Source: Anaeromyxobacteraceae bacterium (GTDB lineage: Bacteria > Myxococcota > Myxococcia > Myxococcales > Anaeromyxobacteraceae). From it: a stretch of 64,000 nucleotides of DNA. Within the stretch, counting starts at the first letter, position 1; every line of letters begins with the position of its first letter. Where the stretch lies: contig JAULAX010000015.1 in NCBI GenBank assembly GCA_032654565.1, forward strand, positions 736,001-800,000, written 5' to 3'. The translations under genes and the position numbers were made by a program. The notes beneath the pieces were generated by a model. The model did no database searches. It worked only from the letters and a program-made list of their open reading frames with translations, and was not told the DNA's origin. Positions 48,554 through 59,989 of the stretch are shown here, piece by piece.

Positions 48554-49330
48554 CTACCGGTGAAGCGGCGCCGAGGGCAGGGCCAGCAGGTCGAGCCGCT
48601 TCCCGCGCATGACCTCGGCGGGGCTGAGCGGTTCCGCCGCACCCTCTCCGCCGGGGGGTGGCGAGCGCTCCACCCGGTAGCCGAGCCCGTCGAGGGCCGC
48701 GAGCAGCGCCTGGCGCTGTGGCCGGCGGGCGCCGCGCTCCACCACGATCCGCAGCAGCGGGCGGCGCGCGGAGAGGAGCGGCTGGAGCCCCTCCAGCAGC
48801 GAGGGGCCGGCGGCGCCGAAGGGGAGCGAGATCCAGCGGAGCCGGTCGACCAGCCCGGCGTGGCGAGCCCGCAGGAAGGGCTCGAGCGGGTGGGCCTCGA
48901 CGCCGAAGGGGGGCGGGGCGGCGCCGTCGTGGGCCACCGCCACGAGGTGCGGGAGGAGGCGGAGCCGGTCGCGGTTGAGGGCGGCGTTGGCGGCCAGCAC
49001 CGGGAAGAGGCCCCGGTCGGCCTCCAGCGCCACCACCGCGCCGGTGGGCCCGACCGCCAGCCCCAGCTCGATGGCCTCGGCCCCCTCGGCGGCGCCGATC
49101 ACCACCGCCACGTCGCCGGGGGCGAGGTGGGCCTGCAGCGCCGTCACCCGGGCCGCCTCGACGGTGGCCGGGGCGCGCCGGGCCTCGGGGTGGAGCCAGC
49201 GGGCCAGCCGCACCGGGTCGAACCCGGGCAGGTCCACGGTCACCACCTCGTGGCCGTGCACCGGCGTGGGCGACGACCGCCAGCCGAGGCGGGAGAGGAT
49301 GGGGCGGGACGTCAGGCGGGGTTCGCTCAC
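48554..49330 (-). CDS. FkbM-like SAM methyltransferase, degenerate
   Basis: PGDVAVVIGA..G...I.L...VGPTGAVVALEA...F.VL..NA.LN. Confidence 0.55.
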   Translation of the reverse strand: MSEPRLTSRPILSRLGWRSSPTPVHGHEVVTVDLPGFDPVRLARWLHPEARRAPATVEAARVTALQAHLAPGDVAVVIGAAEGAEAIELGLAVGPTGAVVALEADRGLFPVLAANAALNRDRLRLLPHLVAVAHDGAAPPPFGVEAHPLEPFLRARHAGLVDRLRWISLPFGAAGPSLLEGLQPLLSARRPLLRIVVERGARRPQRQALLAALDGLGYRVERSPPPGGEGAAEPLSPAEVMRGKRLDLLALPSAPLHR

Positions 49331-49428
49331 GGGTGGACCGGCCCCTTGATTACCACGCCCCGGCCGGTGCGGAAGCCGCCCCGGAGAGGTTGGCGCGCCG
49401 CCGCGACTTTGGTTAGGGTGCCCTGCCA

Positions 49429-51285
49429 ATGGCCACTCCCGGAGCGATGGAACGGCGTGACGCAGGGGTGGCCGGTGGCCACTCTCCCCGCTGGCCGGGG
49501 CTGGTCTGGGCCATCCTCCACGTCCCGGTCATCCTCTTCCTCTACGCCGGCCCCATCGCCCAGGCGCTGCGCGGCGTCCCCGAGGGGTTCCAGCGGCCGC
49601 TCTACCCGGCCTTCGTGGTCCAGGCGCTGACCCTGACGGTGCTGCTCTGGCTGGTGGCGCTGCCGCTCTCCTTCTCGCGGCGGCTCTTCCGCTGGACCTT
49701 CCCGGTGCTCACCGCCCTGGCCACGCTGGTGATGGCCATCGACGCCCGAACCTACGCGGCGGTCGGCTTCCACATCAACGGCTTCTTCCTGCGGGTGGCG
49801 ATCCAGCCCAGCGCCCTGCGCGAGACCGGCATCCCCACCTCCGACGTGGCCTGGTTCCTCGCCGAGGGGCTGGCCTGGCTGGTCGCCGAGGTGGTGGTCG
49901 GCACCTGGTTCCTGCGCCGCTTCACCTCGCCGCGGCCGGTCTGGAAGGTGGCGGTGGCGCTGCTGCTGCTGGCCGCCGGTGAGAGGGTCTACTCGGCCAG
50001 CGTGGCCTTCTTCGGCGGGCCGGGGGTCTTCGCCGCCGGGCAGGCGCTGCCGCTGCAGGCGCCGGTCCGCATGGGGAACATCTGGGAGCGGCTGACCGGC
50101 CGCAAGGTGCTGGGCAGCCCGCTCAAGGGGGTCTCGGGCGAGAGCGCCGTGAAGCTGCCGCCGGGGATCGATCCCGCCGAGGTGAAGTTCACCCGCACCC
50201 CCGACGTGGTCTTCGTGCTGCTGGAGAGCGCCCGGGCCGACTACCTCGACCCGCAGGTGATGCCGCTGCTCTGGGCCCGCGCCGCCACCGGCGGCACCGT
50301 CTTCGAGCGCCACTACGCGCTGGCGCCCACCACCTACTTCACCGTCTTCGGGCTGCTCTTCGGCCTCGAGGCCCACAAGCTGGACGCGGTGGTGGGGGCG
50401 GGGCGCAAGCCGCTGCTCTTCCGGGCCTTCACCGCCAACGGCTACCAGTCCAAGTTCCTGGCCGCCTCCTCGGTGGACTGGATGGGGCTGCGCGAGCAGG
50501 TCTTCGGCGACGTCAAGCAGTCGCTGGAGACCGACTGGCCGCACGACCTCAACCCGGAGCAGACCGACGCCGCCATGGTCGCGGAGGGGCGCCGCTTCGT
50601 GGAGCAGGCCAGCGACAAGCCGGTCTTCCTCTTCCTCTTCTTCGTGGGGACCCACTTCAACTACACCTACCCGCCGCGGGCGGCGAAGTTCTCGCCGGTC
50701 TGGAACGGCGAGGGGATCCTCAAGGCCGCCGAGGCGCCCGGCCACCTCATCCTCAACCGCGCCCGCAACTCGGCCTACGAGGCCGACCTGAAGGTGGACG
50801 AGTTCCTCACCTGGTTCGAGCTGAAGCGCGGCCGCCGGCCGCTGGTGATCGTCACCGGCGACCACGGCGAGGAGATGCGCGAGCAGGGGCACGTCGGCCA
50901 CGGCTCGGCGCTCACCGTGCAGCAGCTCCAGGTGCCCATGGTGGTGCTGGGCGACGGGGTCCCGGTGGGCCGGCGCGACACCCCCACCAGCCACGCCGAC
51001 GTGGTGCCGACGCTGATGGCGCTGCTGGGCGACACCCACCCGGCGGAGAGCTACGCCGCCGGGGAGTCGATGTTCACGGCCTCGCCGGACCGCTTCGTGC
51101 TCACCACCGTGGGCTGGGAGCCCAAGTTCGCCGCCATCGGCAAGGACCTCAAGGTCTCCTTCAGCGGCATCGACGCCGGCTTCGGCGGGGTCACCATCAC
51201 CGATCCCTTCGACCGGCCCCTGCCGGACGGCGAGGCGCGCTTCTCCCGCGAGGCGCCGCGCATCCTCAAGCTCTTCGGCAAGTAG
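49429..51285 (+). CDS. Inner-membrane sulfatase/alkaline-phosphatase-superfamily protein (YejM/PbgA-like)
   Basis: 5 TM then PDVVFVLLESAR.D, FERHY, TH.NY, TGDHGEE, TSH.DVVPT. Confidence 0.72.
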   Translation: MATPGAMERRDAGVAGGHSPRWPGLVWAILHVPVILFLYAGPIAQALRGVPEGFQRPLYPAFVVQALTLTVLLWLVALPLSFSRRLFRWTFPVLTALATLVMAIDARTYAAVGFHINGFFLRVAIQPSALRETGIPTSDVAWFLAEGLAWLVAEVVVGTWFLRRFTSPRPVWKVAVALLLLAAGERVYSASVAFFGGPGVFAAGQALPLQAPVRMGNIWERLTGRKVLGSPLKGVSGESAVKLPPGIDPAEVKFTRTPDVVFVLLESARADYLDPQVMPLLWARAATGGTVFERHYALAPTTYFTVFGLLFGLEAHKLDAVVGAGRKPLLFRAFTANGYQSKFLAASSVDWMGLREQVFGDVKQSLETDWPHDLNPEQTDAAMVAEGRRFVEQASDKPVFLFLFFVGTHFNYTYPPRAAKFSPVWNGEGILKAAEAPGHLILNRARNSAYEADLKVDEFLTWFELKRGRRPLVIVTGDHGEEMREQGHVGHGSALTVQQLQVPMVVLGDGVPVGRRDTPTSHADVVPTLMALLGDTHPAESYAAGESMFTASPDRFVLTTVGWEPKFAAIGKDLKVSFSGIDAGFGGVTITDPFDRPLPDGEARFSREAPRILKLFGK

Positions 51286-51310
51286 GCGGGGCCGTCGGCC
51301 AAGGCCGCTG

Positions 51311-51353
51311 TCGCGCCTGTCCCGGAGCCGTGGCGGCTCCCGGACCTGGCGAC
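51311..51353. terminator. GC-rich hairpin between convergent genes
   Basis: GTCCCGGAGCC / GGCTCCCGGAC inner stem with GTCGC / GCGAC outer stem; no U-tract. Confidence 0.45.
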
Positions 51354-51365
51354 GTGGGACACCGC

Positions 51366-52394
51366 CTAGAGCGCCGGCAGGATGGGGGCCCGGGTGGCCT
51401 CCGGCTTCACCAGCAGCAGCTGGACGTTGCCGAGGTAGCGCGCCTCGTAGGCCGCCTCGCAGGAGGCCAGGTAGTACTCGAAGGTGCGCAGGAAGCGCTG
51501 GTCGCGCCCCTGGGCCAGGGCCTTCTCCCAGCGCGCCAGCAGCCGCTCCCGCCAGCGGCGCAGCGTGGTGGCGTAGTGCGGGCCGAGCTCCTCGAGGTGG
51601 AAGAGGCGCAGGTCGCCGCTGGTGGCGGCGGCCTGCAGCAGCGCGGTGGTGGAGGGGATGCAGGTGCCGGGGAAGACGATGCGGTTGATGTGGTTGGCCT
51701 CGCGCTTGGAGGCCTCGTAGCGGTGGTCGGGCAGGGTGATGGCCTGCACCAGCGCCAGGCCGTCGGGGGTGAGCCGCTCCGAGACCACCCGCATGAAGTC
51801 CGGGTAGAACTCCCAGCCGACCGCCTCGATCATCTCCACCGAGACCACCCGGTCGTACTGGCCCTGGAGGTCGCGGTAGTCGGAGAGCAGCACCCGGATC
51901 CTCGAGGCCAGGCCGGCGGCGCGGACCCGCTCGCGGGCCACCTCGTACTGCTGGCGCGACAGCGTGGTGGTGGTGACCTCGACGCCGTGGTGGCGGGCGG
52001 CGTGGAGCGCCAGCGCCCCCCAGCCGGTGCCGATCTCCAGCAGCGCCTGGCCGGGCCGCAGGTCGAGCTTGCGGCAGATCCGCTCGATCTTGGCCAGCTG
52101 GGCGTCGTGGAGCGACTGGCCGTCGTGCTCGAAGACGGCGCAGCTGTAGGTCATGGACTCGTCGAGGAAGAGGGAGAAGAAGTCGTTGCCGAGGTCGTAG
52201 TGGGCGGCGACGTTGGCCCGGGCCCCGGCGCGGGTGTTGCGGCGGGCGCGGTGGCGGAGCCGGTGGACCAGCCCGCCGACCCGGCCCAGGCCGGCGAGGC
52301 CTCCCGGTGGGGCGGTCCGGCGGGACGGCCGCAGCGGCGCCGGCGGGTGGGGGCGGCGGCTGGAGAGTTCGACGAGGGAGGCGTTGGCGCTCAT
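51366..52394 (-). CDS. cfa: Cyclopropane-fatty-acyl-phospholipid synthase family methyltransferase (UfaM-like), short N-terminus
   Basis: [50 protein letters not shown]. Confidence 0.88.
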   Translation of the reverse strand: MSANASLVELSSRRPHPPAPLRPSRRTAPPGGLAGLGRVGGLVHRLRHRARRNTRAGARANVAAHYDLGNDFFSLFLDESMTYSCAVFEHDGQSLHDAQLAKIERICRKLDLRPGQALLEIGTGWGALALHAARHHGVEVTTTTLSRQQYEVARERVRAAGLASRIRVLLSDYRDLQGQYDRVVSVEMIEAVGWEFYPDFMRVVSERLTPDGLALVQAITLPDHRYEASKREANHINRIVFPGTCIPSTTALLQAAATSGDLRLFHLEELGPHYATTLRRWRERLLARWEKALAQGRDQRFLRTFEYYLASCEAAYEARYLGNVQLLLVKPEATRAPILPAL

Positions 52395-53230
52395 GGCTGG
52401 CTCCGGGCGGCGGCGGTGCTCCGGCGGCGGCCTGCCGAGGCCGCGCCGGGGTGGGGGATGAAGGGGACGCGCTTCAGCCAGAGCCGCAGCGCGTTCCAGT
52501 AGATGGCGACCAGCACCTGGACGGTGACCAGCGGGAAGCGGACCAGCGCGCCGGCCAGCGCCGCGCCGCCCAGCTCGCGGCGGCGCAGGGCCAGGGTGGC
52601 GTCGAAGAGCAGCCGCCCGCCCTCGCGGCTCTCCATGTGGACGGCCAGCCGCTCCCCGGGCTCGAGGAAGCGCCAGTCGTACTCCTGGTCGAGGGCCATG
52701 AAGGGGGAGACGTGGAAGACCTTGGGGAAGCGCCAGCGGTGGGTCCGGCCACTGGCGTCGCCGCCGCCCTCGGCGGCGTGGGTGGCGTCGAGCACGTAGG
52801 GGTACTGCTCGTCCCAGGGGGTGTTGTTGACCTCGGCGACGATGCAGTCGAGCGCGCCGCCCGGCTGGTAGCAGTAGAAGAAGCTGACCGGGTTGAAGCC
52901 GACGCCGAAGGTGGTGAGGTGGGTGAGCAGCCGGATGGGGCCGGCCGGCCGGCGCCCCAGCCGCTCCTCCACCAGCCGCCGCACCGCCTCGTCGAGCGGC
53001 ACCGCGGGATCGCCGAGGTGGAGCCGCCGGTCGAGCCAGGCCACCGCCGGGCGGCGCGCCGACCAGAGCCAGCGGCCGGCGAAGACCCGGTCGAGCTCGT
53101 CGAGGTCGAGCCAGGAGAAGTAGAGCCGGGCGCTGAAGGCGTGGCCGGCCGGCGAGCGGCGCCGGTGGGTCACCGTCCCCTCGTAGAGGGCGCTCTGCAG
53201 CGCGCCGGCCCTGGCGGGGGCGCCGCTCAC
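52391..53230 (-). CDS. DUF1365 protein (UfaO-like)
   Basis: [49 protein letters not shown]. Confidence 0.88.
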   Translation of the reverse strand: MSGAPARAGALQSALYEGTVTHRRRSPAGHAFSARLYFSWLDLDELDRVFAGRWLWSARRPAVAWLDRRLHLGDPAVPLDEAVRRLVEERLGRRPAGPIRLLTHLTTFGVGFNPVSFFYCYQPGGALDCIVAEVNNTPWDEQYPYVLDATHAAEGGGDASGRTHRWRFPKVFHVSPFMALDQEYDWRFLEPGERLAVHMESREGGRLLFDATLALRRRELGGAALAGALVRFPLVTVQVLVAIYWNALRLWLKRVPFIPHPGAASAGRRRSTAAARSQP

Positions 53231-54480
53231 AGGTCGGCTCCCAGCTTCCGGGTCACCCGCAGGGCGCTCTGCACGCCGTCCTCGTGGAAGCCGTAGGCCC
53301 AGGAGGCGCCGCAGAAGTGGGTGGCGCGGCGGCCGTCGATCTCGGCGTGGCGGCGCTGCGCCTTCACCGAGGCCGGGCTGTAGGCCGGGTGGTGGTAGGT
53401 GACGCGGCGAAGCACCCGGGCCGGGTCGATCTGGTCGTCCATGTTGAGCGAGACCAGCACCGGCGCCGGCGAGTCGAGCGACTGGAGCCGGACCATGTCG
53501 TAGGTGAGGGTGGCGCGGCCGCGCGGGGTGGGCGGGATCCAGGCGTTCCAGGAGGCCCAGGCCTTCCTCGAGCGCGGCATCACCGCGGCGTCGGTGTGGA
53601 GCGTGGCCACGTTCTCCTGGAAGGGCATGGCGCCGAGGATCTCCCGCTCGGCGTCGGAGGGGTCGGCCAGCAGCGCCAGCGCCTCGTCCGTGTGGCAGGC
53701 CAGGATGACCCGGTCGAAGCGCTCCGGAGGGGCGCCGCGAGGCGTCACCTCGACGCCGCCCCGGGCGTCGGCGTCGCGGCGCACCGAGACCACCGCCTGG
53801 CGGCGCACCCGGTCGCCGAGCGGGGCCACGATCCTGTCGACGTAGCTGCGCGAGCCGCCGGCCACGGTGCGCCAGGCCGGCTGGTTGGTCATCTGCAGGA
53901 AGCGGTGGTTGTCGAAGAAGCGGGCCAGCGTGCCCACCGGGAACTGGTCGAAGGTGGTGGGATCGGCCGACCAGACCGCGGTGCCGAGCGGCTTGAGGTA
54001 GAAGTCGCGGAACTCGGTGGAGAAGTCGTGGCGCTCCAGGAAGCGGCCGAGCGGCTGGTCGTTGGCCTCGGGGTGGGCCGCCAGCTGCCTCGCCAGCTTG
54101 TTGAAGCGGGTGATGTCGAGGACCATCTTGTGGAACGACCGGTTGAAGAGGTTGGAGCGCTGGGCGAAGAGGGTGTCGAGGTTGGTGCCGCGCCACTCCA
54201 GGCCGCTCGCGGCGTCCTTGACGCTGAAGCTCATCTCGGAGGGCTGGGCGGCGACGCCGAGCCGGGCCAGCAGCTTCAGGAAGCCGGGGTAGGTCTCCAG
54301 GTTGAAGACGATGAAGCCGGTGTCGACCCGGAGCGGCCGGCCGCCGACCTCGATGTCGTGGGTGTGGGTGTGGCCGCCGAGGTGGTCCCCGGCCTCGAAG
54401 AGGATGATGTCGTGCGCCTCGTGGAGGAGGTGGGCACAGACCAGCCCGGAGATTCCGCTGCCGACGATGGCGATCCGCAC
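53227..54480 (-). CDS. FAD-dependent oxidoreductase (UfaD-like)
   Basis: [48 protein letters not shown]. Confidence 0.88.
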   Translation of the reverse strand: MRIAIVGSGISGLVCAHLLHEAHDIILFEAGDHLGGHTHTHDIEVGGRPLRVDTGFIVFNLETYPGFLKLLARLGVAAQPSEMSFSVKDAASGLEWRGTNLDTLFAQRSNLFNRSFHKMVLDITRFNKLARQLAAHPEANDQPLGRFLERHDFSTEFRDFYLKPLGTAVWSADPTTFDQFPVGTLARFFDNHRFLQMTNQPAWRTVAGGSRSYVDRIVAPLGDRVRRQAVVSVRRDADARGGVEVTPRGAPPERFDRVILACHTDEALALLADPSDAEREILGAMPFQENVATLHTDAAVMPRSRKAWASWNAWIPPTPRGRATLTYDMVRLQSLDSPAPVLVSLNMDDQIDPARVLRRVTYHHPAYSPASVKAQRRHAEIDGRRATHFCGASWAYGFHEDGVQSALRVTRKLGADL

Positions 54481-54637
54481 GTTCCCGCCTGACTTTCCCC
54501 GCCTTTTCCCTGACCGAGGGTAATCCCAGGGGAGAAGCTGAGAAGCTAATGTCACCCATATGTCTACGACAAGCCCCGGATGGGGCGTCCGTGGTGGTCT
54601 TCCGGTTCGTCGCCCCTTCCGCTAGAACCCGCACCCC

Positions 54638-56236
<1,599 letters not shown>

Positions 56237-56318
56237 GGCCTGGCCCACCGGGAGATCCCTGGCGCCCGGGAATCCCCGGCCCGGCCCCGTCCGCCCCGCG
56301 CCGGGGCGACCAGGGACG

Positions 56319-56657
56319 CTACAGGCCTCGGCCCTCGCCGGGCCTGCGCGGCGCGGCCGGATCTCCGGCGGGCGGGGGCGCCTTCACCTTCACGTCGTAG
56401 ACGCGGAGCAGCCCGCCCACCCGGGCCGAGCAGGTGGTCCGGCCCGGCTTGAGCGCGGTGATGGTGGCCTGCCCGCCCAGGGTGATGGTGGCGACGGTGG
56501 CGTCGTCGCACATGGCGGTGAGGCCGCCGACCGTCACCTTCTGCCCCACCTCCAGCTCCAGCGGGATGACCCCGGCGTCGGCGGCGGCGGCGGGCGCCGC
56601 CAGCGCGAGGCCGGCGGCGACGAGGGCGAGGCGGGCGGGTCGGGCCAAGTGGCGCAT
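56319..56657 (-). CDS. Small exported protein, Ig-like beta fold
   Basis: Signal peptide; LEVGQKV, CDDATVA, ITALKPG.TTCS. Confidence 0.6.
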   Translation of the reverse strand: MRHLARPARLALVAAGLALAAPAAAADAGVIPLELEVGQKVTVGGLTAMCDDATVATITLGGQATITALKPGRTTCSARVGGLLRVYDVKVKAPPPAGDPAAPRRPGEGRGL

Positions 56658-56731
56658 GGCGTGAAGCCTCCCACCGGCGAGCGGGCCGGTCAACGCCGAC
56701 GGGCCGGGGCGCGGCGCGCTAGAGTGGCGCC

Positions 56732-57583
56732 ATGTCCGGTCGAACGCAGAAGAAGGGCGACGCGGCGCTGCGCGAGCTGGCGCCGGGCCAGTCGCCGGAG
56801 CTGCTCAAGGCGCTCCACATCCTCACCCGCGAAGGGCAGCTCAACGCCGACAGCCTGCGAAAGCTGAAGCAGGTGAACCACCTGGCCCGCCTGCTGGCGC
56901 CGGCGCTGGACGACGTGCTGGCCCGCTTCGGCGAGCCGGTGGTGGTCGACTGCGGCGCCGGCAAGAGCTACCTCGGCTTCGTCCTCTACGAGCTCTTCCT
57001 CAAGGCCGCCGGCAAGGGGACGCTGCACGCCATCGAGGCGCGCGGCGAGCTCACCGAGAAGGCCCGGGCCCTGGCCACCCGGCTCGGCTTCACCCGCATG
57101 AGCTTCGAGCAGGCCGAGATCGGCGCCGCCCAGCCGCCGCCGCGGGTCCACCTGGTCACCGCCCTGCACGCCTGCGACACCGCCACCGACGACGCCCTGG
57201 CGCTGGCCATCCGCGCCGGGGCCGACCACGTGGCGGTGGTCCCCTGCTGCCAGGCCGAGGTGGCCGCCCAGCTCGGCCGCGCCGAGGCCCCGGCCCCGCT
57301 GCTGGCCTCGCTCTTCGAGCACCCCTGGCACCGGCGCGAGTTCGGCTCGCACCTGACCAACGTGGTGCGGGCCATGGCGCTGGAGGCCAGCGGCTACTCG
57401 GTGACGGTGACCGAGCTGGCCGGCTGGGAGCACTCGCTCAAGAACGAGCTGATCCTCGGGAAGAAGGTGCGGGCCGGCGACGCACGGGCCCGAGAGCGGC
57501 TGCTGGCCCTCTGCGAGGCGGCCGGGGTGAAGCCGAAGCTGGTGCGGCTGCTCTGGCCGGCGAAGGCGACGGCGAGCCCGTAG
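56732..57583 (+). CDS. SAM-dependent methyltransferase
   Basis: KLKQVNH, DCGAGKSYLGF, ALHACDTATDDA, VPCCQ, EHSLKN. Confidence 0.85.
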   Translation: MSGRTQKKGDAALRELAPGQSPELLKALHILTREGQLNADSLRKLKQVNHLARLLAPALDDVLARFGEPVVVDCGAGKSYLGFVLYELFLKAAGKGTLHAIEARGELTEKARALATRLGFTRMSFEQAEIGAAQPPPRVHLVTALHACDTATDDALALAIRAGADHVAVVPCCQAEVAAQLGRAEAPAPLLASLFEHPWHRREFGSHLTNVVRAMALEASGYSVTVTELAGWEHSLKNELILGKKVRAGDARARERLLALCEAAGVKPKLVRLLWPAKATASP

Positions 57584-57748
57584 CCTGGCATTCGCTGGTA
57601 CCGATCGCTGCGGCGCGGGCCGCGGCCGGCGGACCGATCGGCCCGAGGGGGGGCGGAGCGCGACGGGTGGAGGCGGCTCGACGCGCGCGGCGGGCCGATG
57701 AGCTGCGTCGCCTGCCGGTCGGCGGCACCGGGCCAGCGTGCGGGGTCC

Positions 57749-58663
57749 TCAACCGGATGATCCCGGGGGTCCGAGCAGCGCCTCGAGCCGGGCCCGGTCG
57801 AGGAACCCCTCGGCCGCCCCGGCCGCGCCGACCTTCCAGGAGGCGAAGCGCTGGGCGCGAGCCAGCGCCGCGTAGGGGTCCCTCCGGGCGAGGTAGCCGT
57901 CGACGAAGGCGGAGAGCAGGGCATCGCCGGCGCCGATGGTGCTCATCACCGGCCGGGTCGGATGGGCCGGGAAGCGGCCGATGAAGCCGTCCTTGCGGAC
58001 GGCGAGCAGCGCTCCGGCGGCCCCCATCCCGACCACCACCACCTCGGCGGGGAAGCGGGACAGCGCCTCGCGCGCCCACTCCTCCGGCGGCACCGGCAGC
58101 CGCTCGTCGCTGAGGAAGAGCAGGTGGGCGGCGCGCATGAAGTCGAGGTTGTAGGGGTCGTCCAGGTCGCGGATGGCGTGGACGTCGGTGGCCACCAGCC
58201 GGCCGGACCGGCGCGCCGGGGCCAGCAGCGGGCGGGAGAACTCGATGTTGCAGAGGACGGCGACCTGGCAGCGGGCCAGCGCCGCGGCCTGCCGGTCGGC
58301 CGGGAAGGGGACCTGCTGCACGTCCTTCAGGTCGACGTGGATCTGCCGGCGGCCCTCGCCGTCATAGAGGATGACCGACTGCGGAGTCTCCTCCAGCGCC
58401 GGGAGGACCTGACGGGCGGGGAGCCCGTCGCGCGCGAGCGCCTGCTCGACCAGCGCGGCGGCCGGATCCCGCCCCACCAGCGAGAGGAGCTCGACCTGGT
58501 TCCCGAGGGTGCGCAGCGCCTTGGCGACGTTGAATCCGACGCCGGCGACCGTGGTCCGGACGCCAAAGAAGGGATAGCCGACCGGGAAGTAGGGGAGGGG
58601 GAAGCCCTCCACGGGCAGGGTGGTCTCGAGGTTGATGAGTCCGGAGACCAGGAGGCGCGCCAT
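57749..58663 (-). CDS. PfkB-family carbohydrate kinase
   Basis: AGVGFNVA.AL..LG, STIGAGDA. Confidence 0.88.
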   Translation of the reverse strand: MARLLVSGLINLETTLPVEGFPLPYFPVGYPFFGVRTTVAGVGFNVAKALRTLGNQVELLSLVGRDPAAALVEQALARDGLPARQVLPALEETPQSVILYDGEGRRQIHVDLKDVQQVPFPADRQAAALARCQVAVLCNIEFSRPLLAPARRSGRLVATDVHAIRDLDDPYNLDFMRAAHLLFLSDERLPVPPEEWAREALSRFPAEVVVVGMGAAGALLAVRKDGFIGRFPAHPTRPVMSTIGAGDALLSAFVDGYLARRDPYAALARAQRFASWKVGAAGAAEGFLDRARLEALLGPPGSSG

Positions 58664-58669
58664 GGCGAT

Positions 58670-59860
58670 CTATCCCTCCACCAGACGGCGGTGGACCTCC
58701 AGCAGCGAGGCCAGGCGCCGTCCCGCCCGCCCGGACCCGACGGGCGGGGGCAGCTCGGCCCGGCCCAGCAGCCGCACCGCCTGCTCGACCCCGCCCGGCC
58801 GACGCGCCAGCCTCCGGGCGCAGGCCAGGCGCAGGTCGGCGAACTCGCGCTCCGGCGCCTCCTCCGCCTTGAGCAGGCCGAGCGCGTAGGGCCCCCAGCC
58901 GCAGTAGAGATCGCCCGGCCGGACGAAGGCGGCGAAGCGGGCCAGCGCCTCGGCCGCCGGCTCGCCGTCGAGCAGCCGCTCCGCGGGCAGCTCCAGGTGG
59001 GTGGCCACCCCGGGTCCCAGCGGCCGCCGCGGCGCCAGCAGCGCCTCGAACCACTCGCCGCCGGGTCGGGCCGCCACCAGCTGGATCAGCTCGGCCTCGC
59101 CCTCGACCGCGCTCCCCAGCGCCCAGGCGTTGGCCTCGGCGTAGATGGCCAGCACGTCGTCCGGCCGTGACCGGAGCGCCGCCACCGTCACGTCGACGCG
59201 GGGGCGCCGGGCCCGCGGCTCCCGCCGTCGCGGCGGGCCCGAGCGGCGCTGCTGCTCCTCGATCTGCAGGTCGACCATCCGGTCGAAGGCCTCGAGGATG
59301 GGCCGGAACCGATCCGGGGCCCCCTCCAGCGCCCCCAGCAGGTGGACCAGCGCCTCGATGGTGGAGACGCACTCCGCCGACGGCTCGGCCCGGATCCGGT
59401 AGTTGCTGGGGCGGTCCGGCGTGAAGGCCAGGCGCGGGAGGGCCTGCAGGAAGGGGTTGCGCTTGATGACCTTGCGCGCCTGGGACCAGGTGCCGTCGAC
59501 CACGATCACCGTGGTGGGCGGCCGGCCCTGGAGCGCGGCCGGATCGAGCGCCCCCTCGCCGGGGAAGAGCAGCGCGGTCCCCGGCGCCGCTGCCAGCTGG
59601 CGCACCCGCGGGTGGTCCTCGAAGTCGACGCCGAGGTGCAGCTCGGAGTTGGGGAGTGACAGGTGGGCCATGCGGGCGGTGCCGATGGCGGTCTTGCGCT
59701 CGCCGAGGTGCTGGAGGATGCAGGCGCGTGTGGCGCTCTCCACCGGGCGCAGGTGCGGGCACCAGCAGGCCCGCTGCGGGCGGCGGCAGCGCAGGCAGCG
59801 CTGGCGGTGGGCCGGCAGGGGGGGAGGGAGGGGGGAGCGGGGCATCTGGTCCGGCACCAT
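58670..59860 (-). CDS. DTW-domain (tRNA acp3U transferase-like) protein fused to a degenerate DEDDh-exonuclease-like domain
   Basis: CxxC...CxC, VDGTWSQA, Y.IR.EP...VSTIEA; C-terminal domain with exonuclease-like spacing. Confidence 0.8.
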   Translation of the reverse strand: MVPDQMPRSPLPPPLPAHRQRCLRCRRPQRACWCPHLRPVESATRACILQHLGERKTAIGTARMAHLSLPNSELHLGVDFEDHPRVRQLAAAPGTALLFPGEGALDPAALQGRPPTTVIVVDGTWSQARKVIKRNPFLQALPRLAFTPDRPSNYRIRAEPSAECVSTIEALVHLLGALEGAPDRFRPILEAFDRMVDLQIEEQQRRSGPPRRREPRARRPRVDVTVAALRSRPDDVLAIYAEANAWALGSAVEGEAELIQLVAARPGGEWFEALLAPRRPLGPGVATHLELPAERLLDGEPAAEALARFAAFVRPGDLYCGWGPYALGLLKAEEAPEREFADLRLACARRLARRPGGVEQAVRLLGRAELPPPVGSGRAGRRLASLLEVHRRLVEG

Positions 59861-59887
59861 CTATCACGCCGGTCCCGACCGAGAGTA

Positions 59888-59921
59888 CCGCGGGACGGCC
59901 GGGGGTCCGCGGGACGGCCGG
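59888..59921 (+). repeat. 15-nt perfect direct repeat CCGCGGGACGGCCGG x2
   Basis: 59888-59902 and 59907-59921. Confidence 0.9.
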
Positions 59922-59961
59922 TGAGGGCTGAGGAAAGCCCAAAGGGAATGCGGGGCTCCGG

Positions 59962-59977
59962 TGGCACGGGGCCTGCC
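59962..59977 (+). promoter_or_regulatory. Candidate sigma54 -24/-12 promoter of the transposase
   Basis: TGGCACGGGGCCTGC: GG-N10-GC with perfect TGGCACG -24 box. Confidence 0.6.
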
Positions 59978-59989
59978 TTACCCAGAGGC

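Noticed and set aside
59925..59950. CTGAGGA…AAA as a hammerhead ribozyme core
   Set aside because: No GAAA after a proper stem II and no stems I/III; only a small GGGCT/AGCCC hairpin
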